A DNA stretch of 64,000 nt from the NCBI GenBank assembly GCA_009602725.1, contig WELB01000004.1, positions 763,277 to 827,276 on the forward strand, read 5' to 3'. The position numbers and the translations under genes are program-made. Of the stretch, positions 39,963-53,370 are shown piece by piece (the first letter of the stretch is position 1; each line of letters starts with the position of its first letter). The DNA is from Spirogloea muscicola. Its lineage: Eukaryota. Below the pieces are notes generated by a model. That model ran no database searches. It saw only the letters and a program-made list of their open reading frames with translations, and was not told the origin of the DNA.

Positions 39963-40409
39963 AATGGCTCAGACAGCTACTAAGAAGGACAAGACTGACT
40001 AAACTGCTCGCATGTCAAGATGGTGGCATTGGCTGTAAGCATATAGATGACTGACAGAGTGCCAGTGATTTGGAGCAGTCATGAAGTCTGCCATTGGTCC
40101 GGGCACAGACTAGTAGCCTATGCAATCCTTGGCAGACTGCCCGCTCTCTTGAGAAAGGCACAGTTGCGGAGTTGTCTTGTGCCGCGTACTTGCCTTGGGT
40201 GGCCAACCGTCAGGGCGTGGTTCTTGCAGTCGCTGTGGGAAATCTGCCTGCAGGCGATGGGGCAGGCAGTACCGGTGAAGGGGGGGCATCCCATCCCAGG
40301 GGCAGCTAGGCTGACCCGCTGGCCCCAGGGGGTTGCGGCCAGCAGAGCTATGGTAGCCAGGCCGTGCTCAGCTTGGGTCTTGTGCATTCCACATTGGAGT
40401 TCTCTCTTT

Positions 40410-41705
40410 GCTTGTCGATTGCCGTCCGGTATTCGAGCATCAGTTAGCGACCTCTATGTGCTGACTCGTGGTTACTGAGCGGGTCAGCTTAGCAGCAGGT
40501 GACGTACATTGGTCAATGTGCTTGCCTTGGTACTTGGCCACACATGGCCTCCCCATCTCTCAATACACACGCATTCTCTTTCTGGGCTGGCATTCCACAG
40601 CCCTGTGCGATCCCTGCGAACCATGTCTCCAGGGGCTATCGCGTCGAGCGGTACTCTGGCATCGTGGACAGCAGGGAGAGCAGGCCGGCTACAATGCGCC
40701 TGGTCGCTCGCTCGGGTGTACCGAAACAGCTCTTGCACTCCACTCCAGGGTTCCTAGGCATTTGATGTGCATTTGCAGACAGGCAGTGCCTTGGCTGCTG
40801 CTTCTGGGTTTCGGCGTGTGACTCTTTTCTGGCTCTTTTGTTGGCTAGCCTTTCACAGCCCTCGTCCCTTTGGAAGAGCTGCTTCTCTCATTTTGGCTAC
40901 AAAATAGTCCAATCTGCGGCTGTTGACTAGAAGTCACTGAGCACCCATTCAACGAAGCTTCTAGCACGATACGTTCATTCGGGCCTCTTTGGACCTTGTC
41001 CATTGCTTCTGGGATGGCCTTTCACAGCAATCACCAGCTCAGCAGGAGCTTCTGCGCATGCCGTTTGAAAGTGCCTCTTCTCTCTTGTGGTGATCGCAAT
41101 GCCTTTCTACACGTACTCAATTCGGCATTGTCCACGAGGCTGGGTACCATCAGCTGATGACGGTGTCAGGTCTTGGTCGATGTGATTGTGACGGAGGCGA
41201 ACAAGAGTCCAGCATCGACCCACATTGCTGGCCACGCAGTGGGAAGTGCAGAGCAGAGGGAGCCGCAGTACTACTCTTGACTAACCCCGCAGTGATCACC
41301 TCCTACCAGCCGCAGTTGACACTTTAGCTGTATGGGTCCTCGTATCCATACCCTACTTGAGAATATTGCAGGTCTAGGGTATGCACGACGTCAGGATATA
41401 CTTCCAGCCCAGATGGGCATGGCAGCAGCCCATTTGTCATTTTTGCGATGTCGTGCGTCAGCCTGCTTGCAGCGACTTCCGGCTCATGCTTTGCACCAGA
41501 AAGCTGGTCGAGCATTAGCTGGTGGCCCAAGAGCTCGTCAATTGCCTTCCAATATTTGGGTATCACTTCGCGACTCTATGTGCTGACTCGTGGTTACTGA
41601 GCGGGTCAGCTTAGCAGCAGGTGATGTACATCTGTCAATGTGCTTGCCTTTGTACTTGGCCACTCAGGCCCTCCATCACTGAACACACACTCCGATCTCC
41701 TTTTG
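40410..41705 (+). mobile_element. Run of CRE-like 3' fragments (C' twice, D-like, F-like)
   Basis: RLPSGIRASVSDLYVLTRGY* (40478); LSRRAV..AGYNAPG (40630-40700); LLTRSH* (40939); decayed endonuclease GPRIHTLLENIA..HALHQKAGRAL..LTRGY* (41600). Confidence 0.8.
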
Positions 41706-41714
41706 GATAACACA

Positions 41715-42190
41715 ATTCACCACCCGGCTGGAGTTCGTACCCCTGGCCGTGGACGTGCATGGGGCTATCGGGTCCCAGTGGCCCGACCTGCTGGCCAGGC
41801 ATGCGCGGCGCGCTGTGGCCCGCAGGCGAGGTGAGCCGGCTGACTTCAACGCCGCGGGCTCGTGGGCCCAGGTGTATCGTATGCATTTGTCAGTCTTCCT
41901 TCAGCGGTCCATGGCCCACGCCTTGCATCTGCGTGCTGGCCGTGCCCTCGCTGCAGCCTCTGGCTTTCGTCAGGGGGATGCTTTTCTGGCAGCTCGTCTG
42001 TCGGATTTGAGGCTCCTCAGCTACTGAGTGGTCCATCCTCCCCCCGTTCTGACATGGCATCTTCAGGCCCCTCCGTCATCGTGGCTTTAGGGCCCCCCGT
42101 CATTTGGCCCCTTCGAACCTTTGTCAATTCTTTTCGGGCGGGCTTCTCACAGCCCTTGTCCCCCCTTGGGAGAGCCCATTCTCCTTTTTG
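41715..42190 (+). mobile_element. CRE-like family D 3' fragment
   Basis: VPLAVDVHGAIGSQW..RRGEPADFNAAGSWAQVYRM..LQRSMAHALH..LSDLRLL plus its 3' UTR. Confidence 0.85.
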
Positions 42191-42221
42191 GAGGAGCTGC
42201 TTGACAGCCCCCGGCCCCTTT

Positions 42222-43760
42222 GGAAGAAGTGGCGCTCCCAATGGGGGCAAGGGCTGTGAAAAGCCAGCCCGAAAAGAATCGACAAAGTTTCGAAGGGGCC
42301 AAACGATGGAGGAGCCAAACAGCGCTTGGCAGCTACGAAGGGGCCTGAAGATGCTATGTCAGAACGGGGGGAGGATGGACCACTCAGTAGTTACGAGTGA
42401 GGAGCCTCAAATCCGACAGACTAGCTGCCGGATAACAATCCCCCTGACAAAAGCCGGAAGCCGCAGCGAGAGCACGGCCAGCACGCAGATGCAAGGCGTG
42501 GGCCATGGACCGCTGGAGGGAGACTGACAATCGCATGCGATATATTTGGGCCCACGAGCCAGCGGCGTTGAAGTCAGCCGGCTCACCGCGCCTGCGGGAC
42601 ACAGCGCGCCGTGCAAGCCTGGCCAACAGGTCGAGCCAGCGGGACCCGAGAGCCCCGTGCACGTCCACAGCCAGGGGGACGAACTCATCTCCAGCCGGGT
42701 GGTCGGCGTATTTGGCCGCCTTGCTGCGAGCAGTCTTCGCCGCAGCGTGGCCAGCCCGCGAGGCAGAGAGCCCCGGGTTGGAGCGGTCGACCACATCAGT
42801 GGTGACCACATCCGCAATGATGCACGCACTGCCGCCCGGCGTGGACGCCGCCAGGTCGACGCGGCGCGTGTGGAGTCCGGCGGCCCTCTGGAGGATTGGC
42901 ATGACCGAAGTATTCTCCATTGCCACCGTGTATCCGGCCTCCTGGAAGCTGCCGAACATTGCATCGCGGAGGAGGTCGTGAGCAGCTGTACGTTCGCCTC
43001 CAGTGGCGCAGCGGAGGATATGGGCCGCCAGCTCCGCCGGGTCTGGCGACCGCTTCCCACACTCACACTGCAGCACGCCAAGCAGACAGGGCGGGGGGAG
43101 ACCCAACAGGCGATGGGTGGCCGTACGGAAGAGTTCATCCGGCATCCCGAGGGCATCGTATAGGGGGAGCGCGGAAAGCCAGGCAGCCGCGCCAAGGGAG
43201 GCGGCCGACAGCAGCTGAGCATGGCCGCGCACGTCTGTTGGACGGAGGAGCTGCAGCGTGGCCGTGAAGGACGCCGTGTCGACTGCCGCCATGTACAGCA
43301 CATGCGCTTGCGGGTCGGTGGAGTGGGCAAGGTGGGCAAACGGGACCACGCTCTCTGCGAGGGCAGGGTGCTCCGCTAGTAACTCGTCTTGAGCTGAGCG
43401 GAGCGCCACCTTCAAAGGCAACGAGCCGGTCGCCACCTCCGCCACAGCCTGCTGCAACATGTGCCGCCCATCATGGAGAAAGCGCTGTGCCACCGACGTG
43501 GCGACCCGAGCGCAACTGCCGAGGAATGCGGGCCTGCAGATGCGAGCGAGCGAGCGGCAGCCGAGGCTGCCATGGCCGGGGGGCAGAGTGACCTAGTGCG
43601 CCGTAGCTGGCGTGTCGAGGAAGCCCGTGTGGCGGATGAGGGCCGCCACGCACTCCGTGACGCCCGCGTTGAACGTGGTGTAGGCCTCCAGCGCCTCGGA
43701 GCAGTAAATATATAAGCAGGGAGGGGTCGTCCCGCGCTAGGTTTGGAAGAGCCCACTTGT
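42222..43760 (-). mobile_element. 5'-truncated CRE-like family D element (zinc knuckle + restriction-like endonuclease)
   Basis: ORF 42384-43493: CECG..AHILRC..HDLLRD..RRVDL..ADVV..KAAKY..PLAVDVHG..RLSVSLQRSMA..SDLRLLTRNY*; homologous to the C-terminal part of ORF 54786-57644. Confidence 0.9.
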
Positions 43761-43799
43761 TCTAGGCGAGAGCCGCAGTGTGTGACGTGCAACTGATGC

Positions 43800-44320
43800 C
43801 TGCGGAATGCTGGTGTGCCCCAAGCGCAGAGCGCAAGAAGGAGCGGCACTACCAGGACCATCCTCGAGGGGACCATCTTTATCCGTGTGCCATGGATATC
43901 TACGGCGGCTACGGCGCAAAATGGTCCTCCCTGCTCCAGCATCTGGCCCGGCTGGTTGATGCGCGTCGTCGAAGTCGGGGGGGCAGCTTGGGCCACTCCA
44001 GCATTCCGCAGGCCTTAGTTGCATATTATAGAATGCGGCCCTCGCTTAGTTTGCAGCGCTCGCAAGCATTGGCTATTCATCAACGTGCAGGGCATGCTCT
44101 AAGTCTGGCCTCCGGCTCTCGTGGTGGCGCTCCAGCTCCCCAAGTTAGCTTGTCAGATTTGTTTGTGCTCTCCCGTGGATACTAGTGTCACCTTAGGCAC
44201 CTTAGTTTAGGTCTCCGCATCATGTAGCCTTGTTTAGTTTGCACCAGCCTCTGCTTGAACAATGTATTGGCTTGAACAAGCCTCCCTTTCAATTTCATGC
44301 GCACCGCGCGCCTTCTCTCA
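43800..44320 (+). mobile_element. CRE-like family A 3' fragment
   Basis: KERHYQDHP..PCAMDIYGG..SLQRSQALAIH..APQVSLSDLFVLSRGY* plus a 3' UTR ending gcgcgccttctctc. Confidence 0.85.
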
Positions 44321-44399
44321 AGCTGGCCCCCCCGGCTGCGGCGACGTGTGCCAACTAACCGGGCCAGAGCCGGGCTGAAGCGAGCTCGTCCAAACCTTC

Positions 44400-45240
44400 T
44401 CCTTGTCGGCCCCTCCGCCACCTGGCCCCTTCGAGCCTGTGTCAATTCTCGTCGGGCTGGCTTGTCGCAGCCCCTGCCCCCATTGGGAGTGCCACTTCTT
44501 CTGCTTTTCACAGCCCTTGCCCCCCTTCTCTGTCGGATCTGAGGCTCCTCACTCGTACTTATTGAGTGATCCATCCTCCCCCTGTTTTACCATTGCATCC
44601 TCAGGCCCCTTTGTAGCTGCTCACCGCTCTTAGGCCCCTCTGAACCTTTGTGCATTCTTTTTGGGCTGGCTTTTCGCAGCCCCCTTCTCGTACTCTGTTC
44701 ATTCTTTTTCGGGCTGGTTGTTCCAGCCCCTATTCTCAATGGGCGAGCACTTTCTTCTTTTTTCGCAGCCCTTGCCCCCATTGGGAGTGCCACTTACTTC
44801 CCCTTGGTCGATTAGCGACCTTTATGTTTTGACCCGTGGTTACTGAGCGGGTCAATTTGCTGTAGATTATGTAGGTCTTTAGATGTGCTTGCCTTTGTAC
44901 TTGGTCTTTGGCCTTCGTTTGTTTCAAATACACGAGTTTGGTCCTTGGGAGTTGGCTTGTCCAGCCCCTATCCTCAATGGGCGAGCCCTTTCTTGGGAGT
45001 GCCATACAGCCCTTGGCCCCAGTGCCATACAGCCCTTGCCCCAATTAGGAGTGCCACTTACTTTCCCTTGGTCGACTAGCGACCTTTATGTTTTGACCCG
45101 TGGTTACTGAGCGGGTCAGTTTGCTGTAGATTATGTAGGTCTTTAGATGTGCTTGCCTTTGTACTTGGTCTTTGGCCTTCGTTTGTTTCAAATACACGAG
45201 TATGGTCCTTGGGAGTGCCATACAGCCCTTGGCCCCAGTG
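44400..45240 (+). mobile_element. Composite of D, E and C 3' ends, including a ~264-bp-period duplication
   Basis: The unit cagcccttgccc..gccactt..gacccgtggttactgagcgggtca..aaatacacgag occurs at ~44766-44950 and again at ~45030-45216. Confidence 0.8.
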
Positions 45241-45355
45241 GGGGAGCCGTTTCCTCCAAGCTTGCCCGTGAGGGCGCGCGGGCCTCGGCGTGGCGCGGCG
45301 ACACGGCCAGGCAAGCCGGCGCTGCCGCAGGAGCGGGGCCCCCGCCGCCGCCGCC

Positions 45356-48300
45356 ATGCGCCTCCCCGCCTGGCTGCCGNNNNNNNNNNNNNNNNNNNNN
45401 NNNNNNNNNNNNNNNNNNNNNNNNNNNNNNNNNNNNNNNNNNNNNNNNNNNNNNNNNNNNNNNNNNNNNNNNNNNNNNNNNNNNNNNNNNNNNNNNNNNN
45501 NNNNNNNNNNNNNNNNNNNNNNNNNNNNNNNNNNNNNNNNNNNNNNNNNNNNNNNNNNNNNNNNNNNNNNNNNNNNNNNNNNNNNNNNNNNNNNNNNNNN
45601 NNNNNNNNNNNNNNNNNNNNNNNNNNNNNNNNNNNNNNNNNNNNNNNNNNNNNNNNNNNNNNNNNNNNNNNNNNNNNNNNNNNNNNNNNNNNNNNNNNNN
45701 NNNNNNNNNGCCGCCGCCGCGCCACCTCGCCGGTCAGCGCCCCGCAGCCCGCTCCGCGCCTCGGGGGCTCTTCTCGCCACGGCCAGCCTCCTGCCGCGCA
45801 GGCCGCGCTCCGCCGTCGCCCGCACGCCATCCTTGCACGCCTTCCCATGCCCTGCCCCTCTCGTGGTCATGATGCGGCGCTACTGGCGTCCCCGCTGCAG
45901 AGGCGAAGAAGAGGGAGCGGCTGCGGGCGCTCTGCGACGCCGTCAAGGCCGACAGCGTCTCCGACCTGGAGGACATCCTCGGCGCCATGGTCCTCTCCGA
46001 GTGCGTCTACAAGGTGCAGCTCCCGCCTCGAGCCGAGCCCGCGCTCGCGCGCCGGGCGCTCGACCAGCTGCTTGCGGCAGCTGCACCTCGCTGTGCTGGC
46101 CCGCGTGCTGGGCCACGGCGCACCTTTCCGCTGCTAAGTTACGCCTCAAACAGGGCGAGGCCAGAGCAGGGGGTCGCCTTCGAGGGCCCTCTGCGCTTCT
46201 CCTGCTCAGACACCTACACGGCCTTGCAATGCGGTGAGGGGCTCGATGCTGAGCTCCTTGCCACGGACATCGCCTCGATGACTGAAGGGACAGAGTGCAA
46301 CCTGGCAATTGGCGCTGCAGAGGCCGCAGGCGGAGTTTCTCAGCGCTCTCAATCGCTTCAAGGCGGACTTTGGGGGTGATCTGGTGAAGTTGGAGACGGT
46401 GCAGATGTCGCTGGACCACGTTCCGCACAGGCACTCTTCTCTGCCTTCCCAGCGTTCTCCTGCATGCTTGCAAGGCTCCTCTTCCCCTGGCAAAGACTTG
46501 TCAGTCGCAGGCAGGCTTCCCATGCTGATACTCCTGCGCGATTGCCCTTGTCCCAGGTATGTCTTGGCAGTCGCTGGAGACACTCTCTTTGCCACCTTTG
46601 TGGGGACCAAACATTACAGGTGGGTATCTAAGAGCACATCGTCAGCCCTGTTCATTTACCGGATTGACATAGCAGTAGCAGCAGTGCAGGCCTTGGCTTC
46701 CCCCCCCCCGCATCCTGCTCACACAGTATTCCGTAAGGTGCTTGCATGAGCGAGCTGCCCCTTCACTGGGTTTACCTGCTCCCATCGAAATTGAAGCCCT
46801 GACTATGTGCATACTACCTGGGCGCGCCTCTCATAGCGAGTCTCTTATGAGGGCGTGCAGGGACTACATGGCAGATGCAAATGTGCTCCAGGACACTCTC
46901 CCTTTTGAGAGCGACGAGTACGAGGCCACGCCAGGGTCTGCTCAAGGGCAGCTGGGCCACTCTGTTGCTATCGCAGGCTCTGCCAAGAGGCAGGAGGTGG
47001 TCCCTGTACCAGAGAGACGGCATCAAAGAGGACCTCGGCCTGCAGCCCACCGTGTATGTCACAGTACCAAACAGCTAGTGCTTGCACTGCCACAGATTGT
47101 TCTTCTGGGCAGGCCCTATGACACCGCAGGCTATGAGAGATTGCTTGTATAAGTATTGGCTGACAGAGTTTGTGGATGATGTGCAGCTGTCTCCTTGGCA
47201 AGCTCTAGACTCAATGCTTCTTAATGTTACTCCCTTCTTGTCTAGTCTGTTTTGCGGCGAGCAAAGGGGCCTGTCTTCTTTGCGTCAGTCCGCTTTCTGT
47301 AAATAATGCACTCAACAGGTTGGATGCAAGTTGGTTGTCAACAAAACACCGTGATTGCTGACTTTTCAAGGTGATGTGTGCGATGAGCTGCAGGGCTTTC
47401 TGGCCAGAGCAAGGAGCATACCTGTCTTGGAGCTGTACAGGTTGGCCCAGAAGAGGGAGCAGAATCTTGTCCTCTGTGGCCACTCCCTAGGAGGAGCGGT
47501 GAGCTTGTCCTGCAGGCCATCCTACAGAACAGCTTGACTACTCTGAAGCGCAGTCGGCATTGAATCTTTGACCTCAGACCTCAACCCTTTACCGTAAATC
47601 CTAGATTGAAATGCAAGAGTCCGGGGGGCAGGGAAGACAAGCAAGACCATGATGAAATATCGAACGCATGTCTTGCAGGTTGCTGTTCTATCAACTCTGG
47701 GCATTCTTAGAGCCCTCAGTTCAGCAACAATGCCCAAGTCACGACGGCCAGACATCAAGTGCATAACCTTCTCCCAGCCACCTGTTGGCAATGCTGCTCT
47801 GCGAGAGTGAGCTTTCCAAGTCACGGCCTTCACTTTTGCTTGGAAGACAAAGCAGGCCTAAGATGGTGCATGTGGAGGGAGTGGAGGGATGCCCTTCGTT
47901 GTTCTTCCTCTGACTCAGATGGCCTACTCACTCGAGCAGTACTGTGTGGCTTGGGCCAGCTACGTCCACAAGAGAGGCTGGCAGCGATACTTCAGGTCAT
48001 ACTGCATCCCAGAAGACATTGTGCCTCGCCTTCTTTCTCCAGCCTATTTTGAGCATTACCGCCTCCAGCCATCTGCTGAATCGGCAGGAAATGCAGCCCT
48101 GGCTAAACAGCAGTCGCCTTTGGTAGTAGGAGTGAACTTAGTGACGCCAACTTCCGAGAGCAAGGAAGGGTCAAGGAGTACAGCAGATGAGGATAAGAGG
48201 GATGATGAAAGACGAAGATCAGGAGATGCAGCTGAGCCCTCACGGAGGAGTTTGTGGAGAGTTCACAAGCTTGTGCCGCTTGCAAGAGCGCAAGGCCAGT

Positions 48301-51300
48301 TCCAGTGGCTCCAAATGCCGAAAGGTGCACATGGAGGCAATGGGGAGAAGGGGATGGCACTTGCAAGCACAGTATCTCCGCCTGTTGCTTCACCAAGTAT
48401 GGTCATCAAGGAGGCTCAAGAGAGGGCAATAGTAACACCATCAGGACTACAGGATACTGCACTTGGTTTGGCTGACCCTATTACAACCAAGAGGCCTGAG
48501 AGTCAAGTGGAAGGGGAAGAAAGCACTCAGCCAAGAAATATCAAGCAGTTCAGTCACACATGGCAGAGCCGACTGCCTTCCTTTCCATCCTATGTACCCT
48601 TTGGACAGGTGAGCCTACTACTTGCACCGGTCGTTTTGTGGCAGAATAAGCTTTTGCAACTTTGCTGAGACGTTCTCTTGCGAGAACCTTTGAGACTTGC
48701 TGACCTTACGCAGAAAGGCAAGCACGACAGCTTGAAAGTTTCATGTCAACTAGATCTGATCATTCCTGTTCGCTTCTGGGTTAATTTGACACTTGTAGCT
48801 CTATCTCCTCCACCCAAAGACCGCTGAACGCCTATCGGCGACTGAGTTTACGCGACTTTCAACGGTAAGTGTCGTTACTACAATGATGACACAGATCTCG
48901 TCAGGTCAGTAGGATAGCCAGTAGGACACGGCAGTGCAGCATGTAAGCTGGTTGGCAATGGCCTGGCAGCTGTTATGCACATCATGGATTGGCTGGTGCC
49001 ATATGCAACATGGCATGACTGGCAGTACTTTTGCATGCAGATGCAATCGTTTTTGACGGAGTTGAGGGAGCGCTTTGCTTCTCACACAATGAGTTCCTAT
49101 CGTGCTCGTTTTCAAAAGTAAGTCCGATTTGCAAGGGTGCTGGTTACAATTGGTTCCCTAGACAGCCTGTGGCTAGAGTGTTTGTGGCACATGGCTCATC
49201 AGAAGTCCTCCGAAAAAGGACGAGAGGCAAGATGAGCAACTGTGCATGGACTCCCCTGACATTATTCCCCGGGAGGTGGAGTACTGTATCAGTGTACATC
49301 TTACCTCTGAGGTGGAGTACTGTATCAGTGCACCTCTTACCTTTGAGGCATAAGTTGTTGCCCACCCTGTCCTCTGCCAGAATGTACGAGATGCACATGG
49401 CTGAGGACGGCATGGCTTTGCCGGTGGCCATCAAGGAGAACTTTCCAGGCATCTACGAATGGATGACAGGCATACGCATGCCTCCAGTGGTAGCTGGTCA
49501 GCTAGCAGAGGGGTTGAAGATACGCGCAGCAACGTCAGTGGTGCCGATTGGTTGGACAGGAGTTCCAGCAGAGAATGGATCAGATCCTATCAAAGTAGAC
49601 GTCCAGGGCAGGGGCCTGCACTTGTGCTCCCTCGTCAGGGCATGCGTAAATGGTCGCTGGTGAGGCGCGGAGGCCGCACGCTTTTAGCAATACTTTGGAT
49701 GCTTCGATGGGTCCGCTTGTCCTCGGAAACTCTTTGTCTAGCAATGTGCCTCGGCTGTTTATAAGTTGCATGTCGTTGCTTTAGCAGGTGCTCCACCATG
49801 TTGGACATACCAGCCAATCCACCACCCATTCACAAGGACCTGCCATCAAGCAATCCTCAGCCTCTGCAGACAATGCGACTCCAGATTGGGCCTCCCTTAC
49901 GGCGTGCTCCTCCAGCGCAAGCAGAGGAGGAACGTGAGCTGGAGGAGACATTTGATGGCATGTTGACTGACGTGCCCTCGCTCTCAAGCACTGAGGGCGC
50001 ACGTGGCTGGTTCAATCTCCTGCGAGCAGCTCCTAGACAAGGAACTGGGAATCGTGGTCAGATTCAAGCCTTGGATGCGCCTAGCTTGCCAAAGAGCTCA
50101 GACGGAGCACAACGTGATGGGCAGCATGTGTCGAGGGTGAGATGGAGAGACTTATTTGCCAGGCTCAGGGGCAAAGCTTCAATGGGCTCGGGCCCCTCAG
50201 GCGAGCTGGTAGACAGGGCCGAGGAGCCGGAGTTGCCACTGCATGCCCAGCTTGGATTTGGGGATGACGAAGCTGCTGCTGAAGTCATTATTCATTGCAG
50301 TTCTGATTTTATAGATGACTCCCACGCTGTTGCCATGCGCCTACGCCGGATCCGCTTATTGGGCTTGGAGGTCAGTAGTTGTGTGCTAGCATTTCAATCT
50401 GGTGCAGGTGTGCTGTGATATGTGGAATGCTAGTTGTGTTTGCCAGTACTAAGTAGGCATTTGAGTGCCTCTTTCAGGGTGCAGGAAAGACTTCGCTATA
50501 CTGTGCCTTGCTGGGGCAGGAAGGGGGAGCCACTGTTAGCTCGATCGATAGTGGTGTGCTACCTGATATGGATTGGCGAGAGGGTGTCTCTGCTGGTGTT
50601 GATTACGTGGATGGCTTTGGTGTCAACCTCCAGGTGCACTGGGTGTGTGTGTTCGTTAGGCTGCACCTCTGTAGGAACCATTTAGAGGGTGCTCTTGCAA
50701 GTTGTAGAGACTTTGTCAATCAATCTCTGAGGTTGTGAGTGTGCTTTTGCTACTTGGAATGACAGGACCTCGCTGGAGAGGCCTTCCACTTGCGACAGGA
50801 GCTGTCGCGAAAGGCGGGAATGCTAGGGAGGAGGGTGGACCTTGTTGTTCTTGTGCACAATCTTGCGCACAAAATTCCAATGCTTCGTCGTACCTCCGAT
50901 ACAAGTTTTCACGATCCCCCAGCGAGTGACTCAGGCCAGTCAAGGCCGGCTCTGTCAGTGCTTTTAGATGAGGTGACTGCAGCTGGCGTGCCAGTGCTAT
51001 TGGCTATCACAAACAAATCTGCTGCAAGCGCAGACCGACGACAACAAGCAGTCAATTCTGTTGAGAATACATACGGGTAAAGTCGCATGCTGAATGACAG
51101 CTTTGTCATATGCCTAGGAGCATGACGAGGCGAGCATCTTTGGTCAATTCAAAATGCAACTGCATGACAAGCTCGCTGAAGCTTGCAACTCATGAGCTTC
51201 TGCAGGCTCCCCTTCTGTGACAGGTTCCCGAGGACGTCAGCGGCTGTGGTCAATTCCTGTCCATATAGTGTTTACGGAACAGGCAAGGATAGTGGAACAG

Positions 51301-51784
51301 CTGGCAGTGCACAGGTGCACGGGCTGCAAGGAACAGCCTCATTGCTGATGCATGCTCCAACTTATCTAGTTCAACTTCCATTCCGGAGAAGGGAAGCACT
51401 GCTTCCAGTGGAAGGGGTGCAGGAGCTTCAGCACATGGTGCACAATGTGCTTCGTGAGGCTGAGGAGGAAGCTTTGCAGGTTCGTGTTAGTCCACTTGGT
51501 ATCCACAGGAGTATAGATGCTAAATGCTTTTGGTCAGCTCAAGTGTTCTGATCGTGCACCCTCATTGGGCAGTGCAATAAGTTGTGGGTAGGAATGTGTC
51601 GCAGGGAGTGGCTAAGGCAGCCATGGAGAGGCACACTGCGGTGGAGGCAGACATGGCGCTGAGGGAGGGGCGGGGCAACAAGCCAGCCCTTGCAGCAGCT
51701 GCCGTAGGTGCAGCTGTAGGAGCTGGTTTAGGTGTGATGGCAGCAATCTTTGCGAGCACCGCATCTGTCTTCAGAAGGCCATAA
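45356..51784 (+). CDS. Class-3 lipase family protein with C-terminal P-loop-like domain (At3g07400-like); first exon interrupted by a gap
   Basis: LEDILGAMVLSECVYK|RPQAEF..FKADFGG..DHVPHR|YVLAVAGDTLFATFVGTK|..PAAHR|GFLARA..LVLCGHSLGGA (GxSxG)|KCITFSQPPVGN|SYCIPEDIVPRLLSPAYF..LLGLE|GAGKTS..; ends VFRRP*. The ATG at 45356 is tentative. Confidence 0.88.
49272..49348 (+). repeat. 36-bp intronic tandem duplication
   Basis: gaggtggagtactgtatcagtg.ac.tcttacct.t occurs twice. Confidence 0.8.
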
Positions 51785-52764
51785 TTCTCATGCAAATTTT
51801 TGAGATAGTAGTATGTAACACCCATTCTTCAGAGCATATCATGAATATAATTCTGCAATTATGTGCACGTGTACTCGATGCTCAGCTAGAGAGTACATCC
51901 TCTCAATGTATGATGATCACATGGACACCTCCTTTTCTTGGACTTGGACATAGTGTGCCTCTTGTGCCGGCCTTTCAGACACCGTTGTTGGCTTCTGCTA
52001 TACTCCTGCGTACGAAAATCTATCTTTGTGCTAGTGCCTGTTGACAGCTTCCAAATTAGTGAGTTGACAGCAGGGGGGCCATGAATGACCACTATAAGCA
52101 TTTGCACTGCTGTTCACTCTAAGAGTCTCTTCTTAAGAGTGAACCACTCTTCTGTGTCACCACCATGGGTGGTTGACTTGGGCAAGGGGTTCTAAGCACG
52201 TCCATGTGACTCAAGCAATTATGATGGAGAAATACTTCAGCATCTTGCAGTGTAGGTGCATGACTTCTGAGCTGCCTGTGCGCTGGGAGTCTGCCTGCAA
52301 GAGCGAGGAGAGGTGGAGCGCGACTTGCTGCAACTCGTAGAAAGGGGTGCTGACATTGGAGTGGACAAGATGCAGCTCCGTGGGACTCTGACTCTGGTCG
52401 CAGCCCTTGGGAGGGGCTCAGTGCTCCTGCAGCTTGCACCAATGGAGTCAGCTGACGCAAGGGTGACTGCCACGCGCCAGCAGCCGATGACTGAGCACAG
52501 GGCGGAGCAGCACGGAGCTTGGTGCTGCAGATCGCACACACCCTCCAGCTGTCATCATCTGACAAGACAGAAGGACCTTGTGGCCGGCTGATCACTGCAT
52601 GACTGGTTGCTGCATTGAGCCTGACTGGAGGAACGGAGAGGAAGGAAGGGCAGCCATGTGGCCCTGTGAGAGAACGTCCCACTCGGAGTACAGGGAGCTG
52701 GCAGTCAAGGGGATCCGAGAGAGCCTGGAGTTCCAGGCGGAGGGGAGAGGCAAGAGGGCGACCA

Positions 52765-53280
52765 ACCTCGGCGTGGTGGTCGCTGTGCCCGTGATCGCCC
52801 CCATGGTGACCCTCCCAGGGATGCCTCCAGCCCTGCGAGCGGCGCCAGCCGAGAGCTCAGCCGCAGAGCGCTGCCGGGTGACCTGCTGAGCGGACGAGGT
52901 CCACGGAGTCGATGCCCTCCACAGTGGGCGATCAGCGCAGGCTCGGCTTCCAGCCCGGCGCCAAGTGAACGTTGGGGCCGGGGGAGAGGGGAGCAGCGGA
53001 GGGCGGCCGTGCAGCGCTCACCAGCAGCACGGGCATGTCCTGCTTGGCGCGGTACAGCACCCAGAACCTGGCAGAGGCGCGCGGGCGGGAGCATGGAGTG
53101 TGTAGTGAGCGACGGAGGGCCCGAGGGGCCGAGTGCAGCGGCAAGCGCAGGAGCGGCGGGCGCGGGCGCGCACCACATGGTGGCGCACATGCCGGAGCCG
53201 ACGAGGACGTGCCACCGCTTGGGCGCGTGCAGCGTCAGCCCGGCGTACGTCTGCCCGTGCGCGCCGCCGCCGCCGGCCAT
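52765..53280 (-). CDS. NDUFB2: Mitochondrial complex I subunit NDUFB2 (AGGG)
   Basis: MAGGGGAHGQTYAGLTLHAPKRWHVLVGSGMCATMW|FWVLYRAKQDMPVLL|GWRHPWEGHHGGDH; the exact stop is not resolved. Confidence 0.9.
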
Positions 53281-53370
53281 GGCGGCCTGGCTTCGAGGGT
53301 CCCGAGAGGAGGGGGTCTCGACGGCGAGGCTCGCGAGCTTGAGAGGGAGGATGAGGTCTTGCCAGTTCCT

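Noticed and set aside
40455..40492. Selenocysteine or readthrough signal at the TGA plus hairpin
   Set aside because: Sister families use TAA or TAG at the same position, and the downstream frames are not conserved.
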